Assembly: GCA_965248265.1 (NCBI GenBank)
Contig: CBDFJF010000002.1
Location: 1,312,001-1,376,000, forward strand
Origin: Candidatus Latescibacterota bacterium
GTDB taxonomy: Bacteria; Latescibacterota; UBA2968; UBA8231
Length of the DNA: 64,000 bases
Reading direction: 5' to 3'
Part shown: in pieces, positions 1 to 10,199 of the stretch
Numbering within the stretch: the stretch's first letter is position 1
Layout of the letters: every line of letters starts with the position of its first letter
Position numbers and translations under genes: made by a program
Notes under the pieces: model-generated
The model's input: only the letters and a program-made list of their open reading frames with translations
Databases searched by the model: none
What the model was told of the DNA's origin: nothing

Positions 1-1385
1 CCGTCGATGACCTCGATCGCAAGTGAACCGTGGTCAGCATCGACATTGACGAAGAGCCAAGGATCACTGGCAACGAAGGGGTCCGTCGTCACCATCCCAA
101 CCTGGGCACTGGCATCCAGAGACATGAAACCGTCTCGCCGCATGGTGGCCAGATTGATGGCGCCCTGTTTTTCATCCGCCTCAGGCGGGGCACTACGGTA
201 CTTGATTCCGGTGTAGTAGAACGAGAGCTCATCGGCGCTGCGCAGAACCGGTCTCGAAGGGGGCAGAATCTGGCTCAGGTCGTAGGCCCCGGAGCCCACT
301 TCCGAGGGGCCGATGAAGGGCTGGCGGTCGCCGAGCCTTGTCCAGTTACGCAAGTCCCGGCTGCAGGCGAGCTGGATGTGGTGGAAGCCATCTGAATTCT
401 CCTTGACGTCGCCCGTGTGATAGAAAAAAGCGGCCAGGCCGATGTAGCGGGATTCGTATCGACTGACACCCATGTAGTAGACATCCACCATGTACTCGGC
501 CGGTACATTGTGCTGCGGCTGCTGCAGTCTCGGATTGGCCAGGCGCTCGGCGATCACCTGGCGGGCCAGCTCCTGGTCCTCCTCGTCGGCGTGGAAGACG
601 AGGTCAGGGCCGTTCCAGTGCTCGAAGTCGGAGCTTGTGGCCAGCGCCACCGAGCGTCCGTGCGGCCCCATCTCGCCTTCCTTCAAGGTTGCGATGAAGG
701 TGCCCGTTGCCCGGTCGTAGGTGAGGATGCCGGTATCACCGCAGGGCATGCCAGGGCAATCCAGCTGGCGCCAGTGAATGCCATCAGCACTCACCGTCAA
801 ATCGCTCGTCTGATACCGGCCCCGGCCCGAAAAGCGCTCTTCCGGCGCCGCATCGGGGTGCTCTTCGACATGGATGACCCAACTCAGCTGATACTGCGAA
901 GGGTTGTCCAAAACATGCCCCTGGGGATAGGCGAGTCGCCATGGGTTGTGCTGCAAGCGCCAGTGCTCGCTGGTCGGACTGACCATGCGCTCGTAGGCGC
1001 CGCGCAGTTTCAAGCTTTTGTAGCGGCGAGAGGGATCAGCCTCGTAGGGGTCGTAGATCACCTGCCTGCCGCACTGAGGGGAGACCAGGCTGTTCTCCAA
1101 CGACCCTCTGTACTCGCGGCATCGCAGGGGGGGCCTTACCCAATGCACGCCATCTTCACTTTCGGCGTACGCCGTACCACCCTCCTCCTGAAACCAGATC
1201 TTGTAACAGCGGTCTTCAGGGACCCATGATGGCGCATTCGTGGTCTGCAGAGACCCCGCCCCTTCGGGTTCGATGACGGGACCCTTTTTGTCAGGCTGGT
1301 GGAGCGTATGGGTGACGTTTTCGCGGCTGCAGACGTCATCCAGATCGAGAAAAAGCTGACGCTCGCCGGTAGGGAGTTTCCGCAC
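1..1385 (-). CDS. Partial (runs off left edge) five-bladed beta-propeller glycoside hydrolase-like protein
   Basis: Not in the ORF track because it has no stop in the window. Manual translation from GTG 1385: VRKLPTGERQLFLDLDD...YKIWF...AYAESEDGVHWVRPPL...IYDPYEADPSRRYKSL. These motifs are shared with the 61743-63335 protein. Confidence 0.75.
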   Translation of the reverse strand, partial: MRKLPTGERQLFLDLDDVCSRENVTHTLHQPDKKGPVIEPEGAGSLQTTNAPSWVPEDRCYKIWFQEEGGTAYAESEDGVHWVRPPLRCREYRGSLENSLVSPQCGRQVIYDPYEADPSRRYKSLKLRGAYERMVSPTSEHWRLQHNPWRLAYPQGHVLDNPSQYQLSWVIHVEEHPDAAPEERFSGRGRYQTSDLTVSADGIHWRQLDCPGMPCGDTGILTYDRATGTFIATLKEGEMGPHGRSVALATSSDFEHWNGPDLVFHADEEDQELARQVIAERLANPRLQQPQHNVPAEYMVDVYYMGVSRYESRYIGLAAFFYHTGDVKENSDGFHHIQLACSRDLRNWTRLGDRQPFIGPSEVGSGAYDLSQILPPSRPVLRSADELSFYYTGIKYRSAPPEADEKQGAINLATMRRDGFMSLDASAQVGMVTTDPFVASDPWLFVNVDADHGSLAIEVID

Positions 1386-1389
1386 CGGA

Positions 1390-2181
1390 TCAGTAACCGG
1401 CCAGCTGCTCACGCAGGTAGACGGCGGATTTGCGCACCTCCTCGACCCGGTCCTCCGCCTGCCCTTCGTAGACGATGGAGATGGACCCGTTGAATCCGGA
1501 CTTTTTCAAAATCGGGATGATGCGGTCGTAATCCAGCCACTCATCTGTACCGCTTTCCATGCGGTAGAACTTGGTGCGGATGTACATGGCATGCGGTGTG
1601 ATCTCTTCGATGGACCGATAGAAGTCGACGTCCGGCGTTTCGCCTTTGGGGTAGCCCCCCAGCGACCCGATCCACTGGCCGGTATCCATGATGAAGGTAA
1701 AGTTCGCACGATCGGTCTCACGCCAGATTCGCAGCATCACATCGCTCGTCGACGGATGGTTCTGCAGCCCCACGGCGATTCCCTTCGTGGCGGCGTAGTC
1801 GCAGACTTCCTGATACCCGCCGATCATCGCCGGCCACGGATCGCTGCCATCCTCATTCTTCTCCGGCTCCGTCTTGCAGAACACGCGCACGATCGGCGAT
1901 CCAAGGAAGGCCGCCAGGTCGATCGATTCCCTGCACAGTTGATGGAAATCCCGCAGCTGCTCTGCCGTCCCCAGGGGGATTCCGCTGATACCGATGTAAC
2001 CGATCGGGAGGCCAAACTTGAGACACTGCAGCTTGATGGAGGTGAGATACTCCGGGTCCCTGTTCTCGAAACTGCGTTGATGGAAGTCGACGACATCCAG
2101 TCTCATATCGTAGGCCATCTGGAGGAAGTCCTCGATGCTGGTATCCTTCAGACTCAAGTGGTTACATCCGATCTTGATCAT
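1390..2181 (-). CDS. Sugar phosphate isomerase/epimerase (xylose isomerase-like TIM barrel)
   Basis: Motifs AAFLGSPIVRVF, GIAVGLQNH, MDTGQW, GFNGSISIVYEG. ATG at 2181 with GAGAGGA SD is preferred over 2265. Confidence 0.85.
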   Translation of the reverse strand: MIKIGCNHLSLKDTSIEDFLQMAYDMRLDVVDFHQRSFENRDPEYLTSIKLQCLKFGLPIGYIGISGIPLGTAEQLRDFHQLCRESIDLAAFLGSPIVRVFCKTEPEKNEDGSDPWPAMIGGYQEVCDYAATKGIAVGLQNHPSTSDVMLRIWRETDRANFTFIMDTGQWIGSLGGYPKGETPDVDFYRSIEEITPHAMYIRTKFYRMESGTDEWLDYDRIIPILKKSGFNGSISIVYEGQAEDRVEEVRKSAVYLREQLAGY

Positions 2182-2230
2182 GGTTCCGGTGTCCTCTCTC
2201 GTTGGGGAAGCTCTCGGTGGGGAAGATGTT

Positions 2231-5077
2231 TCAGGGCTCTTGGTCCAGCTCGTCACGCAGTTCACTCAGCGCGGATTCCAGTGCGTCGAGTTCCTCTCCG
2301 GCCCGGGACCAGTCCCATTCCTGCAGCGCCTCACGCGCGCCGCGAAAGTGGGCTTCGGCCCCCGATACCAGTCGTGCGGCCGTCTGCAGCCGAACCTCCG
2401 TGGCCGGGATGTCGCCGGCCGGCGCAAGCGCCGGTTCGGCCTGCGTCCCAGCCGGATCAGGCGCCATGGCAAGTCCAGACTCAACGCCGAAGATCTCGGC
2501 CAGCGCTTCGTCGAATGAGCTGCGCATGATGACCTGGCCGCCAAAGGCCACGATCACCTGTTTCAACTCCGGGATCGCCGTGCTGCGATAGCTCGGCCGC
2601 ATCGGTGCTTGTGGCGGGCCGTCTGCGCCGGTGGTCCTGGGTCCCGGCAGACCGGTGCTCGGCGGTTGCTGACTGGCCTGCAGGTACACCGCCTCCACGT
2701 ACAGGAACGACTCCTCGATGGGAATCGCCAGCATGTTGCCCCGGATCACCTCGGACCCCTTCTGGCCCCAGAGCGTCAACTGGCTCGAGATCTCGGGTTG
2801 CTGGTCGATGCGCGCCTCGAGCTGCATGGGTCCGAAGATCATGCGATCCTTGGGAAGCTGGTACACGAGCAGGTCGCCGTAGTTGTCCCCATCACAGCGC
2901 GCCGCCAGCCAGCCGATCATGTTGTCCTTGCGCGCCGGCGTGAAGGGCACCATGAGCATGAATTCCTCACGTTCCTCGCCGGGCAGCTTGACGATGATGT
3001 AATACGGCGCCATCACCTGTGGACGGTCGCGGTACATCTCATTGGGGATAGCCCACAAATCTTCCTGGTTGTAGAAAACCTGCACGTCCTGCATGTGGTA
3101 GCTGCGGTAGATCATCGCCTGGATATTGAACATGTCGCGCGGGTAGCGCAGATGCCGGCGCAGATCCTCAGGCATGGTTTCGACCGGCTGCAACAGATCC
3201 GGGAAGATCTCAGCGTAGGCTGCGACCAGCGGATCCTCCTCGTTCATTCTATAGAACACGGCCGAGCCGTTGTAGGCGTCCACGACAACCTTCACAGAAT
3301 TGCGGATGTAGTTGACGAGCGCTCGTGGGACGCGCGAGGAATAGGGGTACATGTCCGAGGTCGTATAGGCGTCCAGCACCCAGTACAGCCGTCCCTCGGA
3401 GACGACCATGTACGGGTCCGTGTCGAACTGCAGAAACGGGGCGACCGTTTGCACCCGATCACGGATCTGGCGACGGAACATCACCCGGCTCTCATCCGTG
3501 ATGTAGTTGCTCAGGATCAGATTCAGGTCCATGAACCGCAGCGCAAAGGCGACGCGACCCAGCGGCCCACTCATGGGCACACCGCCCGTGCCGTGGTAGG
3601 TCGAGAACACGTTCTCAGCACCCCTGGGGTAATCGAACTCCTGTGTGGTGGTGTTGGTGACCACGTAGGACCGGGTCTGCTCGCCGTAGTAAATTTCTGG
3701 GCGATCGATCTCCAGGCCCGGGGCGGATACCGGTGGAATGTCGCGCACCAGCAGGTCCGGCAACCCGTCCGGTGTGACCTGGTTCACCGGGCTCATGGCG
3801 ATGCCGTACCCATGCGTGTACTGGAGGCGCTCGTTGACCCAGCTGCGCGCCTGGACTGGCAGTCTGTTCGAGGCCATCTCGCGCGCCGACAGCATGACCT
3901 GACGATATACCCCGTCCACGGTGTACCGGTCTACGTCCACCCCGGGAAACAGGTAGTAGGGACGGATCTCCTGGACCTGCTGGTAGGTCTGCACCAGGGG
4001 CCGCTCATCCCAGATGCGGACGTTGCGAATGGTAAGGGGGTTGGCCCTGATGTCCGCGGCGCTGAGCTGATCCGAGGCGGCAAAGGTCTGCTCCTCGATC
4101 CGGTCCAACCCGTAGGCACGGCGGGTGGCCTCCAGGTTGTGACGGATGTAGGGGGCTTCGCGTGCCAGTTCGTTGGGCTCCACCAGGAAGGTCTGCGCCA
4201 GCGACGATGGAATAATGCCAAGCAGGATCGCAGCGACCACCAGGGCGACGCCGGTGAGCAGGGGTTGGCGCCCACTCGTGGGTCGTGCATTGATCAGAAA
4301 CAGTATGCCCGCCGCCATGAACATGATTACCAAAAGCCTGTAGACCCACATCTGGATGTTGGCGTCCACGTAACCGGCTCCGAAGGCGACCCAGTCCTCC
4401 GAGTACAGCAGGCCGAAGATCTTGAACCGGTACACCCATGCCACGGCGAGCAGGAACAGACCTACCAGGACCGACAGGTGCGCGCCGGGTCGCGGCAGCA
4501 CGACGATCGTTTCCTGGAAGCGGATGCCGCCGCCTGACATGTAGACGACGCAGACCGCGACCAGCGACAGGATGATGCTGCCCAGCAAGAAGCCGGCAAG
4601 AAAACGCAGAAACGGGAGTTCGAAGACGTAGTAGCCGATATCCAGAGCGAAGATCGGGTCAGTCAGGCCAAAGGGCAGGTCGTTCAGAAAGCGCAGCCAC
4701 AGGAGCCACTGGCCCGAACCGATGCGCGCCATCACCACGACCAACACCGCCCCGGCTACCAGGTAGGCCGTGCGAGAGCGAAGAAGCGGGTCGACCGGAC
4801 CTCCCTGCTGCCCCTCCACCGGCGAGCCCGTGCCCCCCAGCACCTGCAGCATGTTCCGGCGCGCCACAGCCAGATTGGGTCCGATCAGCAGCGCCGCCAA
4901 CAGACCGAAAAAGCCTCCGGCCAGCAGGCGGGCACGGACCATGCGCCAGTATACGGATTCCAGGTCCAGGCTCTGGAACCACAGCCAGTTGGTGTACACC
5001 GTGGCCAGCGTGAGGGCACCTGTGACGGCGACCAACAGTGCGACCGCCAGTGCCCAGAGACGTCGTCTGCTTGCCAA
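2231..5077 (-). CDS. UPF0182 family membrane protein
   Basis: NWLWF, FGLTDPIFALDIGYYVFELPF, RIWDERPL, YTHGYG, PEIYYGE, NYIRNSVKVVVDAYNG, VIRGNMLAIP. Confidence 0.93.
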   Translation of the reverse strand: MASRRRLWALAVALLVAVTGALTLATVYTNWLWFQSLDLESVYWRMVRARLLAGGFFGLLAALLIGPNLAVARRNMLQVLGGTGSPVEGQQGGPVDPLLRSRTAYLVAGAVLVVVMARIGSGQWLLWLRFLNDLPFGLTDPIFALDIGYYVFELPFLRFLAGFLLGSIILSLVAVCVVYMSGGGIRFQETIVVLPRPGAHLSVLVGLFLLAVAWVYRFKIFGLLYSEDWVAFGAGYVDANIQMWVYRLLVIMFMAAGILFLINARPTSGRQPLLTGVALVVAAILLGIIPSSLAQTFLVEPNELAREAPYIRHNLEATRRAYGLDRIEEQTFAASDQLSAADIRANPLTIRNVRIWDERPLVQTYQQVQEIRPYYLFPGVDVDRYTVDGVYRQVMLSAREMASNRLPVQARSWVNERLQYTHGYGIAMSPVNQVTPDGLPDLLVRDIPPVSAPGLEIDRPEIYYGEQTRSYVVTNTTTQEFDYPRGAENVFSTYHGTGGVPMSGPLGRVAFALRFMDLNLILSNYITDESRVMFRRQIRDRVQTVAPFLQFDTDPYMVVSEGRLYWVLDAYTTSDMYPYSSRVPRALVNYIRNSVKVVVDAYNGSAVFYRMNEEDPLVAAYAEIFPDLLQPVETMPEDLRRHLRYPRDMFNIQAMIYRSYHMQDVQVFYNQEDLWAIPNEMYRDRPQVMAPYYIIVKLPGEEREEFMLMVPFTPARKDNMIGWLAARCDGDNYGDLLVYQLPKDRMIFGPMQLEARIDQQPEISSQLTLWGQKGSEVIRGNMLAIPIEESFLYVEAVYLQASQQPPSTGLPGPRTTGADGPPQAPMRPSYRSTAIPELKQVIVAFGGQVIMRSSFDEALAEIFGVESGLAMAPDPAGTQAEPALAPAGDIPATEVRLQTAARLVSGAEAHFRGAREALQEWDWSRAGEELDALESALSELRDELDQEP

Positions 5078-5126
5078 AAATCACCTCATCGATTCGGGGG
5101 AGGGAAGAAATGGACCCAGCGGCGAC

Positions 5127-8100
5127 TCAGGTTTTGGCCTCGGCTTGCTTCCCCGCCAGAAGTTCCTCGCCCTGCACCCGGTAGCCGGCCTTGATCTCGG
5201 GATCCACGGTGCGCCAGATGAGGAACTGCTTGCGGATGACATTGATGAAGCGCTGGTTGACCCTGCGCCACGACGAGTCCTCGCCGCTGAGGCGACGGAT
5301 CTGGAGTGTTATGACGTAAATGTTGTGCTCCGCTTCCGGCACGGCCCGGAAGACTACGTGCTGGCTGACGCCCAGATCGAAAGGCGCCAACCCAATCGTC
5401 ATCGCGATGCTGTATCCCTCACCGTGCTCGGTCTCCACCTTGTCCAAACTGGCCCCTTCGGTGTAGAACGTACCGACCGACTCCTCGCTGTAGGAGTCGA
5501 AGTAGCCTATCAGGAACACCGACAATCCGAGCACCTCGTGGCCGCTCACGGTGAAGGGGAACTCGAAGTTCCATTGGTCGCCCTCGGACGGCGGCAACCG
5601 CCACTTGCGGGTGACGTCGGGCACCGCCATCTGCGAGGCCTTGTGAGCGGGGTACACCGTGGACAACATTACCACCGCCATCACCAGCATGCTGGAGAAC
5701 ACGGCAGACAGCGACGAATAGTTCAGAGTGAATCCGGCCAACAGATCGAACACCATCAGGAGCTTGGCCACGGTTTGGCCCGTCAGGTACCCCGCCACCA
5801 CGCCGAGCACGGAGTAGACGCATGACTCGGCCATGAACAGCCAGGAGATGTGGCCGGGTGCGAGTCCCACCGACGAATAGATGCCGATCTCGCGGAAGCG
5901 TTCGTACACGCTGCCCATCATTGTGTTGAGCACGATGAGCGCGGCGATGAGGATGGGGATGAACAGGTTGGCCAGGCCCGAGAACCCCGTCACCCCCAGC
6001 GAGCTGTAGACCGACACCCCGACGCGATCGTCACCCTCTTCTTTGATGCCGGCGAATAGGGTCACCGCCAGGCGTGAAAGCAGTTCCTCGATGTGCGCCC
6101 GTTCGTCCACCCCCTCGTCAAAGCGCACGGCCACGGACTGCAGCGGATTGCCGCTGCCGACGTTGCGCAGCAGGTGGTATGGCATGACGAGGACGTTGGC
6201 TGGTGCCAAATGCACGAACGGATCAACGGTGGCCTTGGTTTCCGTGAGGCCGTCTCTGGCGCGCTTCTCCTCCTCCGCCATTTCGAGCACGGTCAGGCCG
6301 CTGGTGCCGGCGAAATCCGCCGGTGTGATCATTTCGTCGTCCAGGTCTTTGAGGTCCTCCAAGAGCTTGGAGTTGAGTACGCCGATCACCGTGAACATCT
6401 CGCCGAAAACGCGGATACGCTCCTTGCCCGCCTTCACTCGGTCCAGGTCGATGTTCAGCTTGTCTGCTGCGATCATCTGGTCGGGCAGGATGCAGACGTC
6501 CCCGTCGCCGGCCTCGAACCACCGTCCTGCGATCAGCGCCCGGTCCAACCCGGTGACCTCAGTTTCTTGAGGCGTCAGGCCGAGTACGCCAAGAGCGTAA
6601 TGCGAATTCTCGCCGTGCTTCATTTTGATGTGTGACCTGGCCTTGTCGCCGTACCAGCTGCGCGGGGCGACGGTGCCGATGTCGCGGAAGGTGTTGTTGG
6701 CATACTCCAGGACCGACTCCTCCTGCGGGCTCCACGCCTTGCTGCGTATCAGCATGCCCTGATAGAGGCCCTCGTTGCCGCGGTGAAACTGGTAGAACGA
6801 CAGCGAGGTCTGGAAGGAGGTGAACGAGAGCACGGTGAAGGTCAGCAGCATCAGGGTGGCGAACGTCAATGCCGTGCGCAGCTTGCGCCGCTTCATGTTG
6901 GAGATGCCCAGCTGGAAGGCCGCCAGCGAGGCGCCGGAACGTTTTACATCCGTATGGTGGATAACAGCGACCTCGGTCCGCAGCTGTCTCATGCTCTCGT
7001 TGAAGCGACCGCTCACGATCACCATGACCAACACCGCCATCGTCCCCATGATAAAGGCCAACAGGATGCCGAAGGGATTGGAGATCTCGAACGCCGGGTG
7101 GACCATGGAGAGGATGACCCATATGGCCAAGAAGACGCCCACGAAGCCGAAGATCTGGTTCTTGATCGTGGCCGCCGTGATCAGCAAGCGCTCGGCGAAA
7201 AACGCGCACGGAATGAGCAGCGCCAGGAAGAAGACGATGCCTTGAATCACGTCATTCTGGGTGGCCTTGACGTCCGGATAGGCGCGTGATTCCAGGCCGA
7301 TGGCCGCGCGTGCGCGACGCACAGACTCGCTCCAGCGACGCTCCTTTATCGCCTCTTCGGCGGCCTCCAACTGCTCGCGCGTTCGCGTGTGCAGGGTGCT
7401 GAGACGGCGGTTCTCGATGCCGTAACGGCTGAGCTCACGCATCCGCGCCTCGTTCAGCGTCCACATGTCGCGCGCCGCCAGGTAGGTGGTGTGGCCGAAC
7501 GAGCTGCCCGGGGTAATCTTGTACCCCTGACCGAGCGCCAGCTCGGGGTCGTCAGAGACCGCTGAGTTGAGGAGCAGATAGCGGAAGCCAAGGAGCCCTG
7601 CGCCCAACCCCAGCTTGATGCGCGTCCCGTCGGAGGCGAACAGCACGCCCAGCGGCTCGTTATCGGCTGACGGCCCCTCTCCGATCGTGTAGCCGTATTC
7701 CGAGGGCGCGGTATTGGTCTCGGCAAGCACGTTGAACTCGGACAGCTTGTTCAGGTACCGCGGATCGACCAGATCGTACAGGTTGTAGGCGCGGCATGGG
7801 AACAAGACCACCTGCCAGCTTTTGTCGCGCCAATCCATCGTGATCTTCATGGGGTAGGCGCCCCCCTTCTGGCCGCGGTCCGGGGCATAGTTAATGGATC
7901 CCGTCGCGGGATCCATGTCGTAAGCCTCGATCCCAACGTTGTTGACGCGTATGCGGTTGAAATACATGGCGCCGTCGCCGTCGACGATCTCGTAGTACTC
8001 GCCGCGCACGCCCTTGTACGACTTCTTCTGGCCGTTGCGAACAATCCCCACCGCCCCCTTTCTGGGCAGGTCGGGCACGATGTCGCGTTGCGGGAAGCCC

Positions 8101-9914
8101 ATGGCCCGTACCGTCAGCGACGACAGCGTATCCCGCAGCCGCATTTTGAAATCCGGGAACAGGCGCGGATCCTCTAAGGCGATGTGGAAGATACCGGCCA
8201 GGGCACGAACCTGCCTTGCCAGATTGTCGACGTGGACCTCGTCGAGGCGGTCGAACGGGGTGTCGACGACGAAGCGGGCATCGTTGACGGTGACCAGGGC
8301 CAGTGCCGGGGTGCCCGTGGTCAGCACGACCTCGCTGTTGACGGAGATCTCGCCTGGAACGAAGGAGTCCCAACTCATCCCCCCGGGGGGGCTGATGCCG
8401 TTGATGAGCACATCTTCGTGGTTGTACCCGAGGGCGCTGCTCACTTCGCGCGCGTAGCCCATGAACCTCTTGCCGAACGGCGCGAAATAGCGCTGGAAGT
8501 AGAACTGCGAGTTGCTGTTCCACAGACCCATCTCGTCTGTCTGAGTCGACAGGTCTAGGCTGACGAACAGTTTGATCGAGAGTGAGTCGACCTTGGGGTC
8601 TACCCACTCCTTGAAGAGGGCGAGGCGCAGATCTTCGTTGCCCATCAGCTCTTGGGCCAGGTCTTCTTCACTGGCGAATCGGCGGTCGTCGTAGGCGAGT
8701 TGTCCGCCAGACCGCAAGACCAGACCCTCCTCGATCGAAGCCTGGGTGACCCGGCGGATCAGGGTCGAGTCCGTTTCGGCAGTGCGCACCAGCGCCTCCT
8801 TGCCGAGGAACTCCTCGTCACTGAGGTGATACCGGACGCCGTCCTGCTCGATCATATTTCGTGTCAGTGCTGCTTCGACGACCCTTCGGATCACCATGCG
8901 ATCGACGAACGGGTCCTCCCGGCGCAGGTAGCGCTGAATGAAATCGTCGACCCCACGCAGGCCAAGATGATGTGCCGAGGTAGCCAGGAAGACTACGGTG
9001 CGGGCAGGGGGATTGTTCCGGAAATAGTGCGCCAGCTCGATCAGCGCCGTGATGCCGGCTGCCTGCTCGGCGCCGGGTGCCAGCGCGGGCACGACGGACA
9101 TGGCGTCATAGTAGGATTCCAGGACGATGACATCGTCCCTGAGCACCGGGTCGGTACCGGGGATGGTCCCGAGGATGTTCCAGGCCGGACGCCGCTTCCA
9201 CTCCATGCGGTACTTCATCTGCACCCCGATCTCGCCCGCCGGGCTCGCGGCGATACGCTGCCGCAGGCGAATCCCGTCCTCTTTGGGAACCCACCAGCGC
9301 GACAGGTCCAGCGGCATCGTCAGGAACTTGCGCTCACCCTCCAGGCAGACTGTAGAATCCGGTTCGATAAAGACCACGCCGCTGGAGCCCAGGTAGCCGC
9401 TGTTGAGCCAGGCGTCGCCGGTGTTGTAGTCCATGAGCACCATCGCCCCCTCGACCTGCTTGCCGTCCAGGTGGGTGTAGGAGCCGTCTCCGGCGTCGAT
9501 CAGGCGTGTGGCGATTCCTCCCTCGGGCAAGGTGGAGGTCTTGACCAGGTTTGGCCACAGTCCGTGCAGCTGTGCCGTCTCGCCCGTCGAGGCGACCCGG
9601 ATGCTGCCCGCTGTCTTCTCCACCGGTATGGACACGTCGTATTCGTGAACCGTGATCCCGATCAGTCCGATTTCGCGGAAGGTATCCTCAATGTAGCGGG
9701 CAGCCGCATCGGCCCCGGGATACCCGACCACTCGAGATTCGTGCGCGGTGAAACGTGCCAGCGTCGCCGCCATGCGCTCCTCCGATATCTGGTCCTTAAC
9801 CGCGGCCAGGTCTACCTCGGCGCCAACCGTCGGTGCCACCAGCAGCAGGACAGCGCACACCCACGGCATCAGATCGCGGCGGGGCGTGTCCGAGATATCA
9901 GATCCAGAAAGCAT
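5127..9914 (-). CDS. M28-peptidase-like domain fused to MacB/FtsX-type permease (1595 aa)
   Basis: N-terminal signal peptide and PA/M28-like region (NILGTIPG...ESYYD...PGAEQAAGITALIELA...TVVFLATSAHHLGLRG). C-terminal TM bundle with SNMKRRKLRTALT and FtsX motif ERFREIGIYSSVGLAP...FMAES. Confidence 0.8.
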   Translation of the reverse strand: MLSGSDISDTPRRDLMPWVCAVLLLVAPTVGAEVDLAAVKDQISEERMAATLARFTAHESRVVGYPGADAAARYIEDTFREIGLIGITVHEYDVSIPVEKTAGSIRVASTGETAQLHGLWPNLVKTSTLPEGGIATRLIDAGDGSYTHLDGKQVEGAMVLMDYNTGDAWLNSGYLGSSGVVFIEPDSTVCLEGERKFLTMPLDLSRWWVPKEDGIRLRQRIAASPAGEIGVQMKYRMEWKRRPAWNILGTIPGTDPVLRDDVIVLESYYDAMSVVPALAPGAEQAAGITALIELAHYFRNNPPARTVVFLATSAHHLGLRGVDDFIQRYLRREDPFVDRMVIRRVVEAALTRNMIEQDGVRYHLSDEEFLGKEALVRTAETDSTLIRRVTQASIEEGLVLRSGGQLAYDDRRFASEEDLAQELMGNEDLRLALFKEWVDPKVDSLSIKLFVSLDLSTQTDEMGLWNSNSQFYFQRYFAPFGKRFMGYAREVSSALGYNHEDVLINGISPPGGMSWDSFVPGEISVNSEVVLTTGTPALALVTVNDARFVVDTPFDRLDEVHVDNLARQVRALAGIFHIALEDPRLFPDFKMRLRDTLSSLTVRAMGFPQRDIVPDLPRKGAVGIVRNGQKKSYKGVRGEYYEIVDGDGAMYFNRIRVNNVGIEAYDMDPATGSINYAPDRGQKGGAYPMKITMDWRDKSWQVVLFPCRAYNLYDLVDPRYLNKLSEFNVLAETNTAPSEYGYTIGEGPSADNEPLGVLFASDGTRIKLGLGAGLLGFRYLLLNSAVSDDPELALGQGYKITPGSSFGHTTYLAARDMWTLNEARMRELSRYGIENRRLSTLHTRTREQLEAAEEAIKERRWSESVRRARAAIGLESRAYPDVKATQNDVIQGIVFFLALLIPCAFFAERLLITAATIKNQIFGFVGVFLAIWVILSMVHPAFEISNPFGILLAFIMGTMAVLVMVIVSGRFNESMRQLRTEVAVIHHTDVKRSGASLAAFQLGISNMKRRKLRTALTFATLMLLTFTVLSFTSFQTSLSFYQFHRGNEGLYQGMLIRSKAWSPQEESVLEYANNTFRDIGTVAPRSWYGDKARSHIKMKHGENSHYALGVLGLTPQETEVTGLDRALIAGRWFEAGDGDVCILPDQMIAADKLNIDLDRVKAGKERIRVFGEMFTVIGVLNSKLLEDLKDLDDEMITPADFAGTSGLTVLEMAEEEKRARDGLTETKATVDPFVHLAPANVLVMPYHLLRNVGSGNPLQSVAVRFDEGVDERAHIEELLSRLAVTLFAGIKEEGDDRVGVSVYSSLGVTGFSGLANLFIPILIAALIVLNTMMGSVYERFREIGIYSSVGLAPGHISWLFMAESCVYSVLGVVAGYLTGQTVAKLLMVFDLLAGFTLNYSSLSAVFSSMLVMAVVMLSTVYPAHKASQMAVPDVTRKWRLPPSEGDQWNFEFPFTVSGHEVLGLSVFLIGYFDSYSEESVGTFYTEGASLDKVETEHGEGYSIAMTIGLAPFDLGVSQHVVFRAVPEAEHNIYVITLQIRRLSGEDSSWRRVNQRFINVIRKQFLIWRTVDPEIKAGYRVQGEELLAGKQAEAKT

Positions 9915-10119
9915 GATTGTCCTGATTCATATCCGTGAGGCTATCGGTGATGAGACGAGGGAGGGGGAAGATGATCAATGACCGCATGTTCATCAACCCG
10001 GTCCCCCCTCACTGGAAAGCCAGCTGGTGTTGCAGCACCGCCGCCGGCTATCTGGCCGTTGGTTCCGTTTTCTCAGACCACCGGCCCCCTTTTTTTTTCG
10101 TTTTTTTGCTCTTTTTTTC

Positions 10120-10148
10120 TTGGTTCTGGAAGATCGACGATGTATAAT
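10120..10148 (+). promoter_or_regulatory. Putative sigma70 promoter for the exbD operon
   Basis: TTGGTT-N17-TATAAT, preceded by a T-rich tract (10090-10120, possible UP element), in the divergent intergenic region. Confidence 0.45.
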
Positions 10149-10199
10149 GTGTCCCAAACACCGTACCAGGTGCAGTAGGACGAGTGGATTGGTATATCA

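Noticed and set aside
417-1229. 270-aa + strand ORF (and 30..395)
   Set aside because: Antisense shadow in register with the real minus-strand gene that runs off the left edge.
2609-4537. 642-aa + strand ORF
   Set aside because: Antisense to UPF0182 with no motifs; typical of high-GC codon bias. The same applies to 8652..9938, 20129..21781 and 41614..42972.
10081-10120. T-rich tract as an intrinsic terminator
   Set aside because: No convincing stem and no + strand gene ends upstream; it fits a promoter UP-like element better.
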